Shown one piece after another: positions 10,002 through 19,701 of a stretch of DNA of 42,639 nt. The notes beneath the pieces are model-generated. The model was not told the DNA's origin, did no database searches, and was given only the letters and a program-made list of their open reading frames with translations. The translations under genes were made by a program, and so were the position numbers. How positions within the stretch are numbered: position 1 is the first letter of the stretch; each line of letters starts with the position of its first letter. Source of the stretch: Promethearchaeota archaeon (lineage in GTDB: Archaea > Asgardarchaeota > Lokiarchaeia > Sigyniarchaeales > SOKP01); contig JAEOTZ010000047.1 in assembly GCA_016839585.1 (NCBI GenBank), positions 1-42,639 on the forward strand, read 5' to 3'.

Positions 10002-11048
10002 TTGAATACAGAAATTCCAATTTGGAGAATCAAATACTATCCGAGAAGTTTAAACGAATTTTGTGGAAGAGATAGTATAAAAGAAACATTACAACAAATT
10101 ATCAAACAAAAAAATTTCCCACATTTATTATTTATAGGTTCTGAAGGTATTGGAAAAACTACTCTTGCTCAATTATTTGCGAAAGAGTTTTTGGGCAATT
10201 ATTATGATACAAATTTTAAATTAGTTTATGCTAATGTTCCATTAAGTGATGATGAAAGGAACCAAGCCAAATCGGAGGCATATATCTCAACAAGTAAAAT
10301 CGGAAGTATTGCAGGTAAAAGAATAACAACTCCAGCATTTATTCAAATTAAAGTAAAACCTTTTGTACAATTAAAGGTAATTGGAGATGCCCCATTCAAA
10401 ATATTAATTGTAAAAAATTTTGAGTCTTTAGGGTCAGATCAGCAAGGATTTAGGAGATTAATGGAGATTTATGGTTCAAATTGTAGAATGATTTTAATCA
10501 CGACGAAAATTTCAAATATTATTGATCCTATCATAAGTAGATGTCAGATAATATTAATATCTCGCGTAAAAATTGATAGATTTAAAGATTTGATAATAGA
10601 GATTGCTAAAAATGAATCTTTAGTTATTGATGATACTGTTATTGAAGCTCTCTACAAGGTTTCTGAGGGTAAAATTTCAAAAGCAATCGATCTATTGCAG
10701 CTGTGTAGTATTTCAGGAAAAACTATTGATATGCAAAAATTATATGAACATTCACAAAGATTTCAAAATGATCTAATAAAAAATCTATTGTTACTAACCC
10801 TTCAAGGAGATTTTCCAAAATCGAGAGAATTGGCTCGAAAAATTATATCTAATTATAAATATGATTCACATGAAGTATTTACCCTTCTTCTTAAGGAATT
10901 AAATAAATTACCTTTAAATAAATTTACTCGTAATAAATTAATCAATTTAATAGCTGACTCTGATTTTAGGGCAATTGACGGAAGAGACATTGATATTCAA
11001 ATCTCTGCATTATTATCTAAAATATGTTTATTCTCAGAATATTTGTAG
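10002..11048 (+). CDS. Second, divergent RFC small subunit with a degenerate Walker B
   Basis: WRIKYYP, GSEGIGKT, IISRC retained; Walker B replaced by LIVKNFE; insertion after the NASD-equivalent position. Confidence 0.85.
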   Translation: MNTEIPIWRIKYYPRSLNEFCGRDSIKETLQQIIKQKNFPHLLFIGSEGIGKTTLAQLFAKEFLGNYYDTNFKLVYANVPLSDDERNQAKSEAYISTSKIGSIAGKRITTPAFIQIKVKPFVQLKVIGDAPFKILIVKNFESLGSDQQGFRRLMEIYGSNCRMILITTKISNIIDPIISRCQIILISRVKIDRFKDLIIEIAKNESLVIDDTVIEALYKVSEGKISKAIDLLQLCSISGKTIDMQKLYEHSQRFQNDLIKNLLLLTLQGDFPKSRELARKIISNYKYDSHEVFTLLLKELNKLPLNKFTRNKLINLIADSDFRAIDGRDIDIQISALLSKICLFSEYL

Positions 11049-11057
11049 GTGATTAAA

Positions 11058-12404
11058 ATGTCTAATAAAATTCCTTGGGTAGAAAAGTACAGACCACAAA
11101 GTCTTAAAGAAATGGCTTTATCTTCTGCAAAAGTTAGTGGCCATAGAATAAAATTGGATGAGGAATTAACCAATTTTATTAAAAACTTCTATATCGAAAT
11201 TAAAAAGATAAATGAAGAAAATAGAAAAATTAGAGCTTATAATAGAACTGCTATTGAAAAAGATCAAAAAGAGGAACTAAAAATATCTCCAGAAAAGGCA
11301 GCTATCTTATTAGAAGGTCCCCCTGGAATAGGGAAAACCTCAATTGTTTATGCACTTGCCAATGATTTAAACATGGAAGTTATTGAAACAAATGCATCTG
11401 ATACCAGAACAAGAAAGACTATAGAAAGGAGATTGAAAGAAACAACGAAAACACGAGGAATTATGGATTTTATCACACAATCAAAAGATAAATTGATTCT
11501 TATTGACGAAATCGATGGCCTTTATGGTGTACAGGATAGAGGAGCAGTTCCTACAATTCTAGAATTAATTGAAAATACTCAATTTCCAATAATTATGTGT
11601 TCAAATGAATATAAAACAAGCTTACAACCTATATATAACAAAATTCAAAGAGTTGAAGTGCATCCATTACCTGAAAATGAAATGCTTAAAATTACTGAAA
11701 AGATACTCGAAAAAGAGAAGATATCTAATCTTACCAATGAGGATTTGGAATTAATTATTGACAAGAATAATGGAGATTTGAGAGGAGTAATTAATGATCT
11801 TCAAGGAATTAGTCAAGGTATAATGGAAAAGGATAACAAAGAATTGATCCTTAGCTTACATCGTGATAGTATTGAAGAAATTTTTAGTTTAATAAGGGAA
11901 TTATTTCAAGTTACTACCCTAACAGAAGCCAGAAGCTTAACAGATAAATCAGATGTGGACTACAATTTTTTATATAAATGGATAAATGAAAATCTTCCAA
12001 CTTTCCTCAAAGCAAATAGAGATATTGCTAATGCTTATGAAAACCTCTCCCTCGCAGATGAAATTTTCGGCAGAATTCGCAAAACTCAATATTGGGGATT
12101 ATTGCCTTATTTTTATGACTTATTTGCTGGAGGGGTTGCATTATCCAGAAAAGAAACACCGCCTATTAAAGGATTTCGAAGAGTAATTTTCCCACGTTAT
12201 AGTACTGGTAGTTATTTTTCACTTACAACTGCAGAGAAAGAATTTGCTGAAAAAATTCAAAAAATATATGAAATTTCTCCTATTGAATTTTTACAAGATC
12301 TACTTCCATTCTTAAAAACCCTGAGTACATCATCAAGAAAACAACTTAAGATTATTAGCGATTGGCTGGAGTTAGATGCTAAAGAGAAGAAGTTACTGAA
12401 ATAA
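11058..12404 (+). CDS. rfcL: Replication factor C large subunit
   Basis: PWVEKYRP, GPPGIGKT, IETNASD, LIDEID, GDLRGVIND, WINEN. ATG 11058 follows SD AGGTGA at 11047. Confidence 0.92.
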   Translation: MSNKIPWVEKYRPQSLKEMALSSAKVSGHRIKLDEELTNFIKNFYIEIKKINEENRKIRAYNRTAIEKDQKEELKISPEKAAILLEGPPGIGKTSIVYALANDLNMEVIETNASDTRTRKTIERRLKETTKTRGIMDFITQSKDKLILIDEIDGLYGVQDRGAVPTILELIENTQFPIIMCSNEYKTSLQPIYNKIQRVEVHPLPENEMLKITEKILEKEKISNLTNEDLELIIDKNNGDLRGVINDLQGISQGIMEKDNKELILSLHRDSIEEIFSLIRELFQVTTLTEARSLTDKSDVDYNFLYKWINENLPTFLKANRDIANAYENLSLADEIFGRIRKTQYWGLLPYFYDLFAGGVALSRKETPPIKGFRRVIFPRYSTGSYFSLTTAEKEFAEKIQKIYEISPIEFLQDLLPFLKTLSTSSRKQLKIISDWLELDAKEKKLLK

Positions 12405-12765
12405 ACAAGGCTACTCTTATTTTCTCTTTAGAGGATATAGTAATACGAGATAAAAGCAATCTATATGTTGAAAGAAAATCTAATATTGAGTTTTTTCTTT
12501 CTATTTAATATCTCCAAAATTGAGTAGATTATTTATTAAAAATTATTTTAAAATCTGAACTTTTAAGTTAAAAAGGTTAAATAATTAGTTTAATTTTCCA
12601 AAGAGATGTTTGAAAGAGTATTAATCTTAACTAATAATATAATATCTTAATCTTTTGGGTTATGTGAGCTCTAATTTTTAATATAATTTTTTTACCAAAA
12701 ATGATTTAAATACTTTTTCAATATCTATCACAATAAATATTAAAATTATAAGTTAGAGGTTAAAA

Positions 12766-13446
12766 ATGTCTGAAATCAAAACATCTGATCTTGAACTTCC
12801 TGAAGAAAAAGAAGTTAAAATGTCAGGAAAAACATTGCATACATTAGAAATTGCTGGGGCTGGAATTTTTAGTGCGCTTTCAATAGTAATATCCGTTTAT
12901 ATTACACCGATTTTACCAAGAATTCCTGGTTGGCAAATTGCGATTGTTGATCCAATATCCATTATATGGATTACATGCTTGCTAATATTTGGTGTAAGAG
13001 CAGGATTGTTTTGTTTTGCTGTAGGCACTTTTGGATTGATGCCCTTTGATTCCACAGTATGGGTCGGACCTTTAATGAAATTTTCTGCGACTTTTTCATT
13101 AATGATTGTAGCTGTATTATTTCTAAAACTATATAAGAGAGAAGACGGAATACTTAAAAGCCAAAAACTCAAGAAGCCGAAAAATTATATTATCTATGGT
13201 TCTTTAGGCACAATTCTTAGAATTCTTGTTATGGTTGAATTGAATATAATTGTATTTTTAACAATTTGGGCAGAATGGCTTGATTATACAAACTTGAAAT
13301 TTTTAGGTTTACCTGACGTTTCAGGATGGGAGGCCCTTATTATTGGAGCTATTTTAATTAATGCGTGGCAAAGTGTATTAGATCTTTTAGTTCCTTACTT
13401 GCTTGTGTTTACTACTAAAATTGATGAAAAATTTGAAATTTGGTAA
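12766..13446 (+). CDS. Integral membrane protein, probably an ECF transporter S component
   Basis: About six hydrophobic helices, DP motif and GPLMKF pattern; size typical of S components. Confidence 0.65.
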   Translation: MSEIKTSDLELPEEKEVKMSGKTLHTLEIAGAGIFSALSIVISVYITPILPRIPGWQIAIVDPISIIWITCLLIFGVRAGLFCFAVGTFGLMPFDSTVWVGPLMKFSATFSLMIVAVLFLKLYKREDGILKSQKLKKPKNYIIYGSLGTILRILVMVELNIIVFLTIWAEWLDYTNLKFLGLPDVSGWEALIIGAILINAWQSVLDLLVPYLLVFTTKIDEKFEIW

Positions 13447-13597
13447 TAATATTTTTTAATTTTTTTTCAAACTACTTTTTTCTTTTTTAGCCTTATTTCA
13501 ATTAGCATCGGAATTTTTTTTAAATTTAAAGTAAAGAATATTTTTCTCAACTTCTATATATACTTATATTCAATAATTTAATGCAGAGAGGATTCAT

Positions 13598-14395
13598 ATC
13601 TTAAGTACTAATTTTAAGTATATAAAATATAATTTTGAAAATGGAATTGGAACGATTACTTTAAATCGTCCAGATAAATTAAATGCCCTACAATATCCCC
13701 TTTTAATGGAAATTATAGATGTTCTGGAGTCGATTATGAAGAAAAGAGCAGTACGTGCTCTTATTATTGAAGGAGAAGGTGATAATTTCTGTTCTGGTGA
13801 TGATATGGTAAATTTAGGGCCAGAAGGACCTAAATTTGCACCACTAGAAGATGGATCTCGGATGCCTCATCATAGAGTAGTCCGACTAATTCGGGAAATT
13901 CAAAAACCAGTTATTGCTTTGTTACATGGTTATTGCTTAGGAGCAGGATTTGATTTAGCACTTGCTTGTGATTTTCGATTAGCTGCAGATAATTTGAGAA
14001 TTGGCGATTATAGAAGTACAAGGGCTCAATGTGTGTTAAGCGGAACAAGCTGGTTTCTTCCAAGAATTGTTGGTTTAGCGAGAGCAACAGATATTATATT
14101 GAGTGGTAGACTTCTTGATGCAAAGGAAGCATTAGAAATTGGACTTGTTAATAAAGTATATCCTTTTTCAGAATTTAAGGAGAAATCTAAAGAGTATATA
14201 CAAAAGATAGCAGAACTTCCAACGATGTGTATAGGTTATGATAAAGCAATGTTAAATTACTCTCAGTATAATGAATTAATACACTCGTTACAAAACGAAT
14301 TTAGATTGTATTGCAAAAATATTAGAACCTCTGATTTCGGAGAGGGAATGAAATCATTTTCACAAAAACGTGATCCCAAATTTAAAGGAAGATAG
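13598..14395 (+). CDS. Enoyl-CoA hydratase/isomerase (crotonase) family protein
   Basis: FCSGDD, GYCLGAGFDLALACDFR, EALEIGLVN. The conserved N-terminal ITLNRPDKLNAL is in frame upstream of the called ATG at 13706. Start uncertain (~13598-13601). Confidence 0.88.
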   Translation: MLSTNFKYIKYNFENGIGTITLNRPDKLNALQYPLLMEIIDVLESIMKKRAVRALIIEGEGDNFCSGDDMVNLGPEGPKFAPLEDGSRMPHHRVVRLIREIQKPVIALLHGYCLGAGFDLALACDFRLAADNLRIGDYRSTRAQCVLSGTSWFLPRIVGLARATDIILSGRLLDAKEALEIGLVNKVYPFSEFKEKSKEYIQKIAELPTMCIGYDKAMLNYSQYNELIHSLQNEFRLYCKNIRTSDFGEGMKSFSQKRDPKFKGR

Positions 14396-14438
14396 AAATT
14401 TCTTAATAATAAAAATATAGAATAAAAAATTGATTAAG

Positions 14439-15701
14439 ATGGCAATATCAAAAGAAATTGAAGAATTTTTATTAAATAATGCAGTAGAACGATTTTTAAG
14501 ATATGTTAAAATTTGGACTACCTCAGATGAGAATGTAGAATCTGTTCCATCTACAAAAATCCAATTAGATCTAGGAAAAGTGTTGGTTGATGAATTAAAG
14601 AGCCTTAATCTAGAAGATATTGTTCAAGATGAATTTGGTTTTGTTTATGCATATTTACCACCGAGTAAAGGATTCGAAAAAGTAAAACCTATAGGTTTAT
14701 TAGCCCATTTGGATACTTCACCAGCTGCAAGTGGAAAAGACGTAAAACCTGTAATTCATAGGGACTATAATGGAAAAGAAATTGCATTTATACAAGATAA
14801 AGAATTAACATTAACGCCTTCCGATTCTCCTAATTTAGAAGAATATATAGGTCTTGATATTATTACATCACAGGGAGATACCCTATTAGGAGCTGATGAC
14901 AAGGCGGGGATTGCTGAAATTATGGCCGCATGTGCCGCATGGCAAAAATTTCCAGAATTAAAGCATGGTTCAATAGTAATTTGTTTTTCTCCTGACGAAG
15001 AAATAGGCATAGGTATTAAAAAAGTAAATGAAAAAAAGCTACCTAAAATATGTTATACAGTAGATGGAGGTGAAATGGGAGAATTAGAATTCGAATGCTT
15101 CGATGCATGGAGGGCTTCATTCAAATTTAAAGGGTTAAGCGTTCATCCTGGATACGCAAAAAATCTTATGATAAACGCAATACAAATTGCTACTAGATTT
15201 TTCAGTGAAATTCCCGAAGCAGAATCGCCTGAACATACTGAAGAAAGAGAAGGTTATTTTCATTTAGCTAAACTACAAGGAGAAGCTGAGGAAGCTATGG
15301 CAAGAATGATCATTAGAGATTATGAAGTTGAAAATAACCAGAGAAGAATGGATTATCTTAAAAATTTAAAGAATGCATATGAAATTCGATATCCTGGACT
15401 AAAAATTGAATTAAATTTTCTACATCAGTACCAAAACATGCTTAAATTTATCGAGAAAAAGCAAAAGATTGTTGATTTAGCTAAACAGGCAATTGAAAAA
15501 ACAGGAGTAGAATTAAGGGTTCATGCAATAAGGGGGGGAACAGATGGAGCTCAATTGAGTGTAAAAGGAATTTTAACTCCAAATATCTTTACTGGAGGAC
15601 AATTAGCTCACTCAAGAAAAGAATATACTCCAACTTTGGCTTTACAAAAAGCAGCTGAAGTTTTGATATATTTGGCTGAATTATGGACTCAAGAAAGATG
15701 A
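14439..15701 (+). CDS. pepT: Peptidase T (M20 tripeptidase)
   Basis: AHLDTS, LLGADDKAG, PDEEIG, HPGYAK, IRGGTDG motifs. Confidence 0.93.
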   Translation: MAISKEIEEFLLNNAVERFLRYVKIWTTSDENVESVPSTKIQLDLGKVLVDELKSLNLEDIVQDEFGFVYAYLPPSKGFEKVKPIGLLAHLDTSPAASGKDVKPVIHRDYNGKEIAFIQDKELTLTPSDSPNLEEYIGLDIITSQGDTLLGADDKAGIAEIMAACAAWQKFPELKHGSIVICFSPDEEIGIGIKKVNEKKLPKICYTVDGGEMGELEFECFDAWRASFKFKGLSVHPGYAKNLMINAIQIATRFFSEIPEAESPEHTEEREGYFHLAKLQGEAEEAMARMIIRDYEVENNQRRMDYLKNLKNAYEIRYPGLKIELNFLHQYQNMLKFIEKKQKIVDLAKQAIEKTGVELRVHAIRGGTDGAQLSVKGILTPNIFTGGQLAHSRKEYTPTLALQKAAEVLIYLAELWTQER

Positions 15702-15706
15702 AATTA

Positions 15707-16939
15707 TTAATTTTTTTCTTCCTTCCTGATAATTTTAGAGAAATCAGTAATAGCAAATATTATTATACATAGAAGTAATAGAATTGAAATGTATAAGAAC
15801 GCCCAGGTATAGGAAAATAGATCATAAATAAATCCAAAAATTATAGATTCTCCTAAAGAAATCAATCCCACAGAAAGATAGTAATAACCATAAGCTCGCC
15901 CACGTTTTTTCTTTCCAGCTAAATCTGCGATGTATGCTCTTGAAATGGGATCCACAGAGGCTAAATAATATCCATAAACGATAAATATGATGATTATTAC
16001 TAATATAGAATAAAGTGAAATCCTAATAGGAAAAGCTAGAAAAATACAAGTAACTAATAATAGTGATAAACCTATTATAATAATTGATTTTCGTCCAATC
16101 TTATCAGATAACGATCCTGTTATGGGAGAAAATACTGTATAAATAATATTACTAATTAAATATAAAATGGGTATTAGAAATTCAACAGGGACATAATCTA
16201 TAGCTCTAATAATAAGAAAGGCAATATCTAAACTCGCAAATTCAATAACTCCAAGAATTATGATTAGCTTTATAAAATTTCTATCAACTTTTTCCATTTT
16301 AGGTTCCATATCTTTCTGAATTCCTAAAGTTTTATCTATATCACTTGGATCAACATCTCTTACCATTAATATCAAAGCAATCGCTAAAATGCCTGGAAAA
16401 ATTGAGAAAAAAATGATCTGTGAATATGACCATGCTAATAGTAAGAATAGAAACGCTAACAATGAACCTACTACAGCACCTAATGTATCCATTGCTCTAT
16501 GTAACCCAAATGCTTTACCTTTCTCAACTGCATAATAGGATATCAAAGTATCCCTTGAAGAAGTCCTCAAACCTTTTCCAAAACGATCTGCTGTCTTTAA
16601 TCCTAATACAAATTCCCAAGATGGACTAAGACCAATAAAGGGTTTAGATAAATTTGACAATGAATACCCAGCAACAATAAAAGGTTTCCTCTTATTTATC
16701 CTATCACTTAACCAACCTGTAAATCCTTTTAAGATATTGGAAATTGCTGTTGTGACACCTGAGATTAAACCAAGAATCGTAGCTGTCCCACCAATAGAAA
16801 AAATAAATAGGGGTAATATACTCTGTATCATTTCACTTGAAACATCAGTGAAAAATGATACTAGTCCCATTATAAATACTTGAACTGAAATACCTAGGAT
16901 AAGTTTTTGACTATGAATAGAATTATTTTCTTCAACCAT
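15707..16939 (-). CDS. MFS transporter
   Basis: TDVSSEMI, GWLSDRINKRKP, GSLSDKIGRK and ~12 TM helices. True start probably MVEENN at 16939, because the longer call overlaps the divergent gene. Confidence 0.9.
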   Translation of the reverse strand: MVEENNSIHSQKLILGISVQVFIMGLVSFFTDVSSEMIQSILPLFIFSIGGTATILGLISGVTTAISNILKGFTGWLSDRINKRKPFIVAGYSLSNLSKPFIGLSPSWEFVLGLKTADRFGKGLRTSSRDTLISYYAVEKGKAFGLHRAMDTLGAVVGSLLAFLFLLLAWSYSQIIFFSIFPGILAIALILMVRDVDPSDIDKTLGIQKDMEPKMEKVDRNFIKLIIILGVIEFASLDIAFLIIRAIDYVPVEFLIPILYLISNIIYTVFSPITGSLSDKIGRKSIIIIGLSLLLVTCIFLAFPIRISLYSILVIIIIFIVYGYYLASVDPISRAYIADLAGKKKRGRAYGYYYLSVGLISLGESIIFGFIYDLFSYTWAFLYISILLLLCIIIFAITDFSKIIRKEEKN

Positions 16940-16997
16940 ATTCCAAAAAATTTTTTTATTGAATAAATATAATAAAAATAATTGAAAAAAATATATT

Positions 16998-17690
16998 ATG
17001 ATTCCAATGTCAGAAGAAAAAAGTACTTTAAATATTATTGATAAAACCCTTAGGGATGTAGAAACTAATTTTAAAGATTTTATAAATGTTCTACAAACTG
17101 CAAGAAAAGAATTAATAGAACTTGAAAATGATAAATTATCTTTAAGCAATGAGAAAGAAATCCTTGAAGCTGAAAAGATACAATTAGAAAATGAAAAATC
17201 TAAATTAGAAGTAGAGAAAAAACAATTAGAGCGGGATAAAATTACCTTAGAAGAAGAGACAAAAAAATTAGCTAAAGAAAAGCAAGAAAGGGATCAGAAA
17301 ATAGGTGCAATGACAGAAGAACAAATGAAATTACTTGATGAATATCAAAAGGTAAAAGTTGAATTACAAAAATTTATGCAAGCAGCTGCAGCAGCCGAGT
17401 CAGCAGAATTTAATTTTGAAAGAGTTCGTGCTTTGCTATCTATTTATGCCGCTTTAGTATCTGAAATTTGGCAAGGACAACCGCATTATAGGATTTTATA
17501 TACTTTACATGGAGATAAGGAAGAAATGACACGAGAGGAACTGAAAAACACAACAGGAATTGGAGGAGCATTTATACTACATTCAGTTCAAGAACTGGCA
17601 AAAGTAGGACTGCTTGAATATGATATGGATACAGGAACTGCAAAATTAAAAAAACGGTTGTTTCCAAAGAAAGCAATAGAAGAAAAATGA
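16998..17690 (+). CDS. Coiled-coil protein with a probable C-terminal winged helix
   Basis: Heptad LExEK repeats followed by MTREELKNTTG...VQELAKVGLLEYD. Confidence 0.7.
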   Translation: MIPMSEEKSTLNIIDKTLRDVETNFKDFINVLQTARKELIELENDKLSLSNEKEILEAEKIQLENEKSKLEVEKKQLERDKITLEEETKKLAKEKQERDQKIGAMTEEQMKLLDEYQKVKVELQKFMQAAAAAESAEFNFERVRALLSIYAALVSEIWQGQPHYRILYTLHGDKEEMTREELKNTTGIGGAFILHSVQELAKVGLLEYDMDTGTAKLKKRLFPKKAIEEK

Positions 17691-17694
17691 GATC

Positions 17695-18099
17695 TTAATC
17701 TTTTAAAAGATTGAATATTTTTAATAGAGTTAACATTTTAGTCAATCCCTTTATTTTTACTTTCCTTGTTAGCCATTTTATTCCAATATTTATTAAAGAA
17801 ATCTTATCCATTGCCAGTGCTAGAAAAATCTGAGAGTTCATGGAAATATAACCATCCCAACCTAATATCTTCTTCTTCAAATTGCTTTGTGGTTTATTTT
17901 TAACACTCTCAATAATTACCTTACCATTATCTATAGTAATTAAGGCAGCATAGGTTAAATTTGAAGCATTTATGAGAAATTTTCGTTTTTTATTCTTAAA
18001 TTGCTCTTTAAATTTAGGATTTTTATTTAGAGGGTCTACAACATTTTCAATAAGTCCAGCGAAACCCCTTGCTTTTTTTTCAATTATTTTAGTTTCCAT
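17695..18099 (-). CDS. SCP2 sterol-carrier-like domain protein
   Basis: ITIDNGKV...KWLTRKVKIKG pattern; last gene of the oxidoreductase operon. Confidence 0.55.
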   Translation of the reverse strand: METKIIEKKARGFAGLIENVVDPLNKNPKFKEQFKNKKRKFLINASNLTYAALITIDNGKVIIESVKNKPQSNLKKKILGWDGYISMNSQIFLALAMDKISLINIGIKWLTRKVKIKGLTKMLTLLKIFNLLKD

Positions 18100-18129
18100 T
18101 ATTATCCCTTTCTAATCTATTTTTCTAAT

Positions 18130-19701
18130 TTAATTCTCTGATTTTGCTGAAATATAAAATCCGGAATCAGCAATTTCATTAGGATCAAATGCTTTCTTTA
18201 TCTTTCTTAACCATTTATGATAATTCATCATATATGGACCAAACATATTATGCATACGGTCACCTTCTACGAAAAATGGAGCTCCTAAATGTTTAACCAA
18301 ATCAAATTGATAATTATCCTCCATGAATTCTCCCATTCCTTTCACACTTTCCTCATCTGTTTGATCAAATAATGTTATCGATTCTACATGAAAATAATGG
18401 CCTGATTCATATGAAGTCATCCATACTCCCTCTCCAAAATCATTTCCTATTACTCCTTTTTTAATATATTTCTTTTTTAGTGGTATGCTCTTTTTCGTAG
18501 TTCTAAGACATGTTTTAACAGTATCACATTGACCTTTCGCTGATTGAAAACCTCCTGTTACTATGAAGCCATGTAATCCTAAATTTGAACGCAGTGCTTC
18601 AGCATAAAAAATTGAATTTGGAGTGTATTTTGTACCAATAATATTTTTTAAATTTAATTCGTCCAAGAGGATCTCCATTACTTTTTGCTTATAATTAAAT
18701 TCATATTTAGTTCTAGCTGCGATAAGCACAACTAGAGGAGTTTTTAGGCTAGCAATTGGCATTTTATCCATCATAGATTCAACACTATGCGAAAAAATTG
18801 CTGTTAACCCATAACCTGACAGGTGGCTACACATAAAGGAAATTTCCTCTTCTTCAATTCGTAAAATAACTTTCTTAAGATATTTATAACTTCCACAATC
18901 CATTACATATAATCGCATGAAATCGGGAATATCAAAATTATAGTTAGGAGAATAACCCTGTAACTTAAATTCAGTGCTACATGGATATGGAAAAAGTTTG
19001 ACAGCTACTTTTGTAAAGACACCAATTCCAGATTTTGCGCCTGCCCACCCTCTCATTATTCCTCGTAAACTAGGACCTGGACCATCACCATTGTACCAAT
19101 CCGAGTGATTCTTTAAACCCGCTGAACCTAACTTTAAGACTTCTCCATTTGGTAATACCCATTCTACACCAAGTACATTTCGAGCACTATGCCCTGTATG
19201 AGGTGAAGTAAATCCTGGACCGTTCATAGATGTTGCGCTAGCAAGAGGGGAGACTTGTGGGCCTGCCCCTGGCATATGGACCGTTAAATCATATTTCATA
19301 GCTTCAACTTGCAGTTGTGCCCCACTAACATATGGTTCCACTACAGCATATAGATTTTTATCATCAATTTTAATGATTTTATTCATTCTTCTGAGATCCA
19401 AAATAATTGAGTTTTCTGTTGAAGGTTGATTCCAAGGGCCTAAACCAGTTGATTGAGCTTTAAATTGAATTCTATACTTATTACATAATTTCACAACTTC
19501 TTGAACTTCTTCTGTTGAGGAAGGTAATATTACTGCTTTAGGTATGGGGGAAAATGGTATTGGTTCTTTATCTTCCATGTAATTGACATATTCCATACAC
19601 CAATTATAGGAATACGCATTTGTAATTACTTCACCATCATTAACATTTTTTGAACCAACAATGTCTTGGAATTTTTTGAGAATTTCTTTTTCTAATACCA
19701 C
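18130..19701 (-). CDS. FAD-binding oxidoreductase (GlcD/VAO, FAD_binding_4 family)
   Basis: AVILPSSTEEVQEVVKLCN, LDLRRMNKI, VEPYV, VLPNGEV, KIKKAFDPN. Confidence 0.9.
   Translation of the reverse strand: MVLEKEILKKFQDIVGSKNVNDGEVITNAYSYNWCMEYVNYMEDKEPIPFSPIPKAVILPSSTEEVQEVVKLCNKYRIQFKAQSTGLGPWNQPSTENSIILDLRRMNKIIKIDDKNLYAVVEPYVSGAQLQVEAMKYDLTVHMPGAGPQVSPLASATSMNGPGFTSPHTGHSARNVLGVEWVLPNGEVLKLGSAGLKNHSDWYNGDGPGPSLRGIMRGWAGAKSGIGVFTKVAVKLFPYPCSTEFKLQGYSPNYNFDIPDFMRLYVMDCGSYKYLKKVILRIEEEEISFMCSHLSGYGLTAIFSHSVESMMDKMPIASLKTPLVVLIAARTKYEFNYKQKVMEILLDELNLKNIIGTKYTPNSIFYAEALRSNLGLHGFIVTGGFQSAKGQCDTVKTCLRTTKKSIPLKKKYIKKGVIGNDFGEGVWMTSYESGHYFHVESITLFDQTDEESVKGMGEFMEDNYQFDLVKHLGAPFFVEGDRMHNMFGPYMMNYHKWLRKIKKAFDPNEIADSGFYISAKSEN

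Noticed and set aside
8983-12404. Inteins or in-frame introns in RFC genes
   Set aside because: No intein termini; the insertions I examined show no BHB structure.
13581-13630. Intron linking the out-of-frame ATG 13581 to the crotonase frame
   Set aside because: No convincing 4-bp helix with an inner stem.
16940-17149. 70-aa N-terminal extension of the MFS ORF
   Set aside because: Overlaps the divergent gene; MFS similarity begins at MVEENN.
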